Origin: a bacterium
Lineage (GTDB): Bacteria > UBA8248 > JACPRG01 > G963555815
Assembly: GCA_965218795.1 (NCBI GenBank)
Contig: OZ244653.1
Span: forward strand, 1 to 64,000
Length of the DNA stretch: 64,000 nt
Direction: 5' to 3'
The first letter of the stretch is position 1, and each line of letters opens with the position of its first letter. This document shows positions 59,184 to 64,000 of the stretch, piece by piece. The position numbers and the translations under genes were made by a program. Under the pieces are notes generated by a model. The model was not told the DNA's origin and did not search any database. It worked only from the letters and a program-made list of their open reading frames with translations.

Positions 59184-59881
59184 TCCGTCTGGACGGCATC
59201 CATACGCTCTACGGGAAGAGCCATATTCTTCATGGCGTGTCCCTTCACGTCGGTCCCGGCGAGACGGTTTGCATCCTCGGAAGAAACGGGGTGGGGAAGA
59301 CCACGACCCTCAGAACTTTGATGAAGCTGGTGCAGCCCGCTTCGGGCAGGATCGAGTTCGAGAAACGGGACGTCACGCGACTGCCATCCCATCGGATGCC
59401 CCGCCTGGGAATCGGATACGTCCCCCAGGGCCGCCGGATCTTTCCGAGGCTCACGGTACGGGAGAACCTCGAAGTGGCCGTACTGAAAGGGAGGATTCCA
59501 CGGGACCGCATGAGGGCCGTCCTGTCGTACTTCCCGGTTCTGGAGAATCGGTTCGCGCAAATGGGCGGCACACTGAGCGGAGGAGAGCAGCAGATGCTGG
59601 CCATCGGCCGGGCCTTGATGTCCGGACCCAAGCTGTTGGTGCTGGACGAGCCGGCCGAGGGTTTGGCCCCCGCCATCGTCGAGATGCTGAAGGACGCGGT
59701 CCACTCGCTGAATCGCGACGGGATGACCATCCTCCTGGTCGAGCAACAGGTGGAGACCGCCCTGGCCGTGGCCGGACGAGTCTATCTTATGGAAAAGGGA
59801 CGGATTGTTCACGAGGACACGCCCGAATCGTTGCAGGCGGACCCATCGGTGCTGGTGCGCTACCTGGGCGTGGACGTCTAG
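59180..59881 (+). CDS. ABC ATP-binding subunit (LivF-like)
   Basis: GRNGVGKT, LSGGEQQMLAIGRAL, DEP, VEQ. Confidence 0.92.
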   Translation: MIRLDGIHTLYGKSHILHGVSLHVGPGETVCILGRNGVGKTTTLRTLMKLVQPASGRIEFEKRDVTRLPSHRMPRLGIGYVPQGRRIFPRLTVRENLEVAVLKGRIPRDRMRAVLSYFPVLENRFAQMGGTLSGGEQQMLAIGRALMSGPKLLVLDEPAEGLAPAIVEMLKDAVHSLNRDGMTILLVEQQVETALAVAGRVYLMEKGRIVHEDTPESLQADPSVLVRYLGVDV

Positions 59882-60055
59882 ATTACGCAAAGGGGCCGGG
59901 ACGGGCCTGGGGCTGGATTTCGCTTTCGCCGGTTTTGTCTGATCCTGAAGTAAGTTGTGTAATGGGTCGCTTCGGGGGAGGGGTGGCATCGACTCCCCCA
60001 ATTTGCCCAAGGAAGCCTGGGCAGTCATATTTTCTTGGGGGAGCAAGACAGCTTT

Positions 60056-60613
60056 ATGAAGATTCTCGCTTTTGCCGCCTCGGTCAGAACAGGCTCGGTC
60101 AACCGGAAGCTCATCCAACTTGCGGCCGAGAGCGCTCGCGGGAAGGAGGCGGCGGTGGACCTGGCGGAGTACCGTGAATTCGATATGCCCCTTTATGACG
60201 GCGATTTGGAGGCCGAGTCCGGCGTTCCGGACGGCGCCGTCGAGTTCAAACGGCGGCTGGAGGCCGCGGACGGCCTGATGATCTCCCTGCCGGAATACAA
60301 CCATTCCATTCCGGGAACGCTCAAGAACACCATCGATTGGGTGTCGAGGCTTAAGCCCCCGCCCTTTTCGGGCCGGGTTGGTTTCCTGATGTCGGCGTCT
60401 CCCTCCCCCTTCGGCGGTCTCCGGGCGCTTGAGGTGAGCCGTGCGCCCCTGGAGGGCCTCGGGATGATTGTCCACCCGGAGATGTTCTCTCTGATGAAGG
60501 CCCCGGATGCATTTGACGACCGGGGCCAATGGGTGGATCCGATGAACGCCCAGGTCCTCGATGAGCTGATTGCAGGATTCATCGGCCTGACACGGTCCCT
60601 GAGGGGTTTGTAG
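60056..60613 (+). CDS. NAD(P)H-dependent FMN reductase (ChrR-like)
   Basis: S.R.GS.N, PEYNHSIPG.LKN.IDW.SR, GG.R. Confidence 0.92.
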   Translation: MKILAFAASVRTGSVNRKLIQLAAESARGKEAAVDLAEYREFDMPLYDGDLEAESGVPDGAVEFKRRLEAADGLMISLPEYNHSIPGTLKNTIDWVSRLKPPPFSGRVGFLMSASPSPFGGLRALEVSRAPLEGLGMIVHPEMFSLMKAPDAFDDRGQWVDPMNAQVLDELIAGFIGLTRSLRGL

Positions 60614-60885
60614 TCGGTCAGCGCCCGATCTGGCTTCAATACGGCACCCCTCCTCCGTGCGGGAGACGGTTCAGGGATTGAATCTTTCGGTTAAGAATGG
60701 GGCGGACTTGGATATAATGGAAAGGAAGGGAAGCCGCTCTTGATTCCTCTCATAGACTTGGAAAATGCGGGTTCAAACCCCATGGGACGATATAAGGCCG
60801 GTAAGTTCCGGTAAGTTGTAGATGGGATATATCCAATACCCCTAAACCCAATGGTATGAACAGGTTGTCATTCCTCAATTCAATC

Positions 60886-60914
60886 TTGACAATAAGTTTC
60901 TCGGGCTTTACAAT
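60886..60914 (+). promoter_or_regulatory. Near-consensus sigma70 promoter for amiC-der
   Basis: TTGACA-17 nt-TACAAT ending 36 nt before the GTG start, with RBS ggagg in between. Confidence 0.8.
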
Positions 60915-60950
60915 TCCTCCTGCAATGATCATGGAGGGAGTGGATTCGCC

Positions 60951-62294
60951 GTGAGATTTGGCGACACCAAATTCCTGCCGGGCGGGTTTCTTATCGTCCC
61001 GTGCCTCGTTCTGGCTCTGGCGGCTTCGGCCGATTCGGGTCCTCGTCCCGTATCCGTGACAGACGTTCGGGTGTGGTCAAACCCCGGGTTCGCCCGGGTT
61101 GTGATCCACCTGGATGGACCCGTTCGATTTAAGTATAACCGCTTGAAATCGTCGACTCGAATCTACGTCGACATTCTAGGCGCGAGTATTCGGCTGAGAA
61201 ATTCCAAGAGAAACATCAAGGCGATCGGGGTTCTCAAAGGCGTGAGAATCGGAAAGAACAGGCCGTTGATCCCGCGAGTCGTTCTGGATCTGAACACCGT
61301 CAAGACCTTCAAGGTATTCGCCCTCTCAGGACCCAACCGGATAGTCGTGGACGTGAAGGGTGTTGCCGACCCGACGCCTTCGAATCTTTCGGCTTCCTTT
61401 CCCGACGCGGCGAATCTGCGGAGGAAGTCGGCAGGCCCGCTGATCATCAGAGCCCCCAAGAGAAAGACCCCTAGCGTTCCGGGCCGAACGCCTTTGAGGG
61501 GACGGGATGAAAAGCGCTGGAGGCCCTCGAGCCGGGCGGCATCGCGGCGCACGCCCATTGGGATTTCGATAGGGGAGTTGAGCCTGTCCGAGAGGTTCCG
61601 TCGCGGGCTGGGGAAGGTGGTCATCGACCCCGGTCACGGCGGAAAGGATCCCGGCGCGATCGGCCGAACCGGCATCTACGAAAAAGACATCGTGCTGGGC
61701 TTGTCGAGACGAATGGCGCGGATCCTCCGACGTAAGCTCAGGTCCAGGGTGTACCTGACCCGGAACCGGGATGTGTTCGTCTCGCTCAAATCGCGTACTG
61801 CATCCGCCAATCGCAAAAAGGCGGACCTGTTCGTGTCCGTTCACGCCAATTCGGCCGAAAACCGGAGACTCTCCGGTATTGAAACCTACCTGTTGAGCGA
61901 AGTCTCGGGCCCGCGGGCCATGAAGGTCGCCGCGCGGGAAAACGGGGTCTCGTCCGAAAAGCTGAGCGACCTTCAGATCATCAAGACCGACCTTCGGATA
62001 AGGGACGTGATCAATCGCTCCTTCCCCCTGGCGGAATCCGTGCAGAAGTCGATGTTCTCTTCGCTGTCCCGGAGATACTCCCGAGTTCGGAACCTGGGCG
62101 TGAAGCAAGCCCCCTTCCATGTGTTGAGCGGTACCGAGATGCCCAGCATCCTGATTGAAACGGGGTTCGTCAGCAACCGGAGAGAGGAGCGGCGTCTGGC
62201 CTCTCCGAGATACCGGCAAACCCTTGCGGAATCCATTGTCCGCGGGCTCCAGAACTTCATCGAGCGTACCGAACTTGCCCGCCAAATCGATTGA
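60951..62294 (+). CDS. amiC: N-acetylmuramoyl-L-alanine amidase with AMIN domains
   Basis: Signal peptide, R.V.D repeats, IDPGHGGKDPGA, EK, SVHAN, L.E.GF.SN. Confidence 0.9.
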   Translation: MRFGDTKFLPGGFLIVPCLVLALAASADSGPRPVSVTDVRVWSNPGFARVVIHLDGPVRFKYNRLKSSTRIYVDILGASIRLRNSKRNIKAIGVLKGVRIGKNRPLIPRVVLDLNTVKTFKVFALSGPNRIVVDVKGVADPTPSNLSASFPDAANLRRKSAGPLIIRAPKRKTPSVPGRTPLRGRDEKRWRPSSRAASRRTPIGISIGELSLSERFRRGLGKVVIDPGHGGKDPGAIGRTGIYEKDIVLGLSRRMARILRRKLRSRVYLTRNRDVFVSLKSRTASANRKKADLFVSVHANSAENRRLSGIETYLLSEVSGPRAMKVAARENGVSSEKLSDLQIIKTDLRIRDVINRSFPLAESVQKSMFSSLSRRYSRVRNLGVKQAPFHVLSGTEMPSILIETGFVSNRREERRLASPRYRQTLAESIVRGLQNFIERTELARQID

Positions 62295-62300
62295 ATCGCC

Positions 62301-63656
62301 GTGAATCCTCTGGTCGCCATCGTCGGCCGACCCAATGTGGGTAAATCCACCCTGTTCAACCGAATCGTCGGCCGCCGAGCCGCCATCGTCGAGCCGACCC
62401 CCGGCGTCACGCGCGACCGGCATTTCGCTGATGCCTCATGGAACGGGTGCGATTTCATGCTGATTGATACCGGCGGGATTGGTCCCTCCAGTCTCGACGA
62501 TCCACTCCATCAATTGGTGCGGGAACAGACGGACCTCGCCGTGTCGGCGGCGGACGTGGTCCTCCTCTTGCTGGACGGCCGGGAGGGTCTCGTACCGGGG
62601 GACGAGGAGGTGATTGGCGACCTGCGCCGTTCGGGGATCCCCTTCATGGTGGCGATCAACAAGATCGACGCGGAGCGGCTGGAAGCGGAATCCGCCGAAT
62701 TCCACCGCCTCGGGGTCGAGCCGTTGTGCTTGATTTCGGCCGAACACGGGCGCGGCGTCGGCGATCTCCTGGACGCCGTGGTCGAGGCCTTTCCGGAGCC
62801 CGAGACTCCGCAGGAGCAGACGGACCGGGTGGCGATGGCCATCGTCGGGCGTCCCAACGTGGGCAAGTCCTCCCTTGCCAACCGCCTGCTTCGGGAGGAG
62901 CGGCTGGTTGTCAGCGAGCTCCCCGGCACCACGCGGGACGCCATCGATACACCCGTACGCGCGGGCGACCGGGATTACACCTTGATTGACACGGCGGGGA
63001 TTCGCCGCAGGGGGAAGGTCAGCGGACGGGTAGAATACCTCAGTGTCCACTCGGCTCGGAAGAGTCTCGACAGATCGGACGTGGCGGTTCTTCTGATCGA
63101 CGGCGTCGAAGGCGTGACCGCGCAGGATGCGCACATCGCCGGGGATATCGTGGAAGCCGGAGCGGGCTGCGTGGTGGCCGTCAACAAATGGGACGCGGTT
63201 CCGCCCGAGCGGAAGGACGCCGACGCCATGACACGGAAGGTCAGGGAGCGGCTGAAGCACGTCTCATTCTGTCCGGCGGTGACGGTTTCCGCTCTCACGG
63301 GACTGCGCGTCGGGCGGATTTTCGATCTTGTGGATCGGGTGGCGTCGGAGCGTGGGAAGCGGGTGGATACGGCCGACTTGAACCGGTTTCTTCAGGATGT
63401 CACGGATCGGACGCCCCCGCCGCCGGTCCGGGGCCGGGACATCAAGATTTACTACGCCACGCAAAGTTCGGCTTTCCCGCCGACGTTCGTATTATTTACC
63501 AATCGGACCGGAGCGTTTCACTTTTCTTATCAGCGTTTTTTGGTTAATCAGCTCCGAAAGCGGTACGGCTTCGAGGGGACGCCGCTGCGCCTGTATTTTC
63601 GCCACCGTTCGGGCCGAAAGGCCGCATCGGAGGACGTTTCCGTCTTCAAGCGGTAA
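62301..63656 (+). CDS. der: Ribosome biogenesis GTPase Der (EngA)
   Basis: Two GRPNVGKS G-domains, DTGG/DTAG, NKID/NKWD, KH-like C-terminus. Confidence 0.97.
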   Translation: MNPLVAIVGRPNVGKSTLFNRIVGRRAAIVEPTPGVTRDRHFADASWNGCDFMLIDTGGIGPSSLDDPLHQLVREQTDLAVSAADVVLLLLDGREGLVPGDEEVIGDLRRSGIPFMVAINKIDAERLEAESAEFHRLGVEPLCLISAEHGRGVGDLLDAVVEAFPEPETPQEQTDRVAMAIVGRPNVGKSSLANRLLREERLVVSELPGTTRDAIDTPVRAGDRDYTLIDTAGIRRRGKVSGRVEYLSVHSARKSLDRSDVAVLLIDGVEGVTAQDAHIAGDIVEAGAGCVVAVNKWDAVPPERKDADAMTRKVRERLKHVSFCPAVTVSALTGLRVGRIFDLVDRVASERGKRVDTADLNRFLQDVTDRTPPPPVRGRDIKIYYATQSSAFPPTFVLFTNRTGAFHFSYQRFLVNQLRKRYGFEGTPLRLYFRHRSGRKAASEDVSVFKR

Positions 63657-63771
63657 GTGAAGGATCATGGGGCATCTAGTTGACTCCTTGATTTTGAACG
63701 CTAATGGCTTATCATACAGGAAAACCCAATCGAATTTTGATCTGAATGTCCGCACGGAGGCGCCTTAGCGC

Positions 63772-64000
63772 ATGAAGACTTATAACACCGATCTCCTTCG
63801 GAACGTGGGCTTGGTGGGCCACGGAGGGGTGGGTAAGACCTCCCTCGCGGAGGCCATGTTGTTCGTCTCGGGCGCTACGAATCGCCTGGGAAAGGTTGAA
63901 AACGGGTCCTCGATATTCGATTACGAGCCCGAGGAGGTGAAGCGGCAGTTCAGCATCGGCGCGATGATTGGATTCTGCGAGTGGCAGAAGCACAAGATCA
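63772..64000 (+). CDS. Elongation factor G paralog (EF-G2 type), 5' part only
   Basis: MKTYNTDLLRNVGLVGHGGVGKTSLAEAML...DYEPEEVKRQFSI; RBS ggagg. Confidence 0.85.
   Translation, partial: MKTYNTDLLRNVGLVGHGGVGKTSLAEAMLFVSGATNRLGKVENGSSIFDYEPEEVKRQFSIGAMIGFCEWQKHKI

Noticed and set aside
60750-60932. 60-aa minus-strand ORF
   Set aside because: Overlaps the strong amiC promoter; no motif support

Overview
High-GC, Gram-negative-type bacterial chromosomal window; gene content resembles Deltaproteobacteria/Nitrospinota/Tectomicrobia-like lineages, but taxonomy cannot be fixed from this window. It carries about 55 genes: two Liv-type ABC transporter operons, an MFS transporter, a MEMO1/AmrB protein with an N-terminal PqqD/RRE-like domain, a 12.6-kb MoxR-DUF58-VWA/BatA-DUF4159-peptidase cluster, a two-component system with degQ, a repeat-flanked outer-membrane-protein cassette, an IspH-UbiA fusion, pyrD/pyrK, ccsA-hemA-hemC-hemD, uvrD, trkAH, comDE-like TPP enzyme subunits, amiC, der and the start of an EF-G paralog. 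The most interesting locus (43.0-46.7 kb) is an SGNH protein + SxtJ-like membrane protein + NodU/CmcH carbamoyltransferase + 52-aa SxtK/DUF5989 peptide. The peptide ends in FIYAIF, matching the tyrosine acyl-shuttle tail of DltX, which suggests a carbamoyl relay onto a cell-envelope polymer (hypothesis). A decayed NHLP-leader RiPP precursor not recovered as an intact ORF lies at 52.4-52.7 kb. Three genes are broken by single-base shifts at or beside homopolymer runs, probably long-read errors. No rRNA, tRNA, CRISPR array or transposase was seen. All family assignments come from motif recognition by eye, not database searches.
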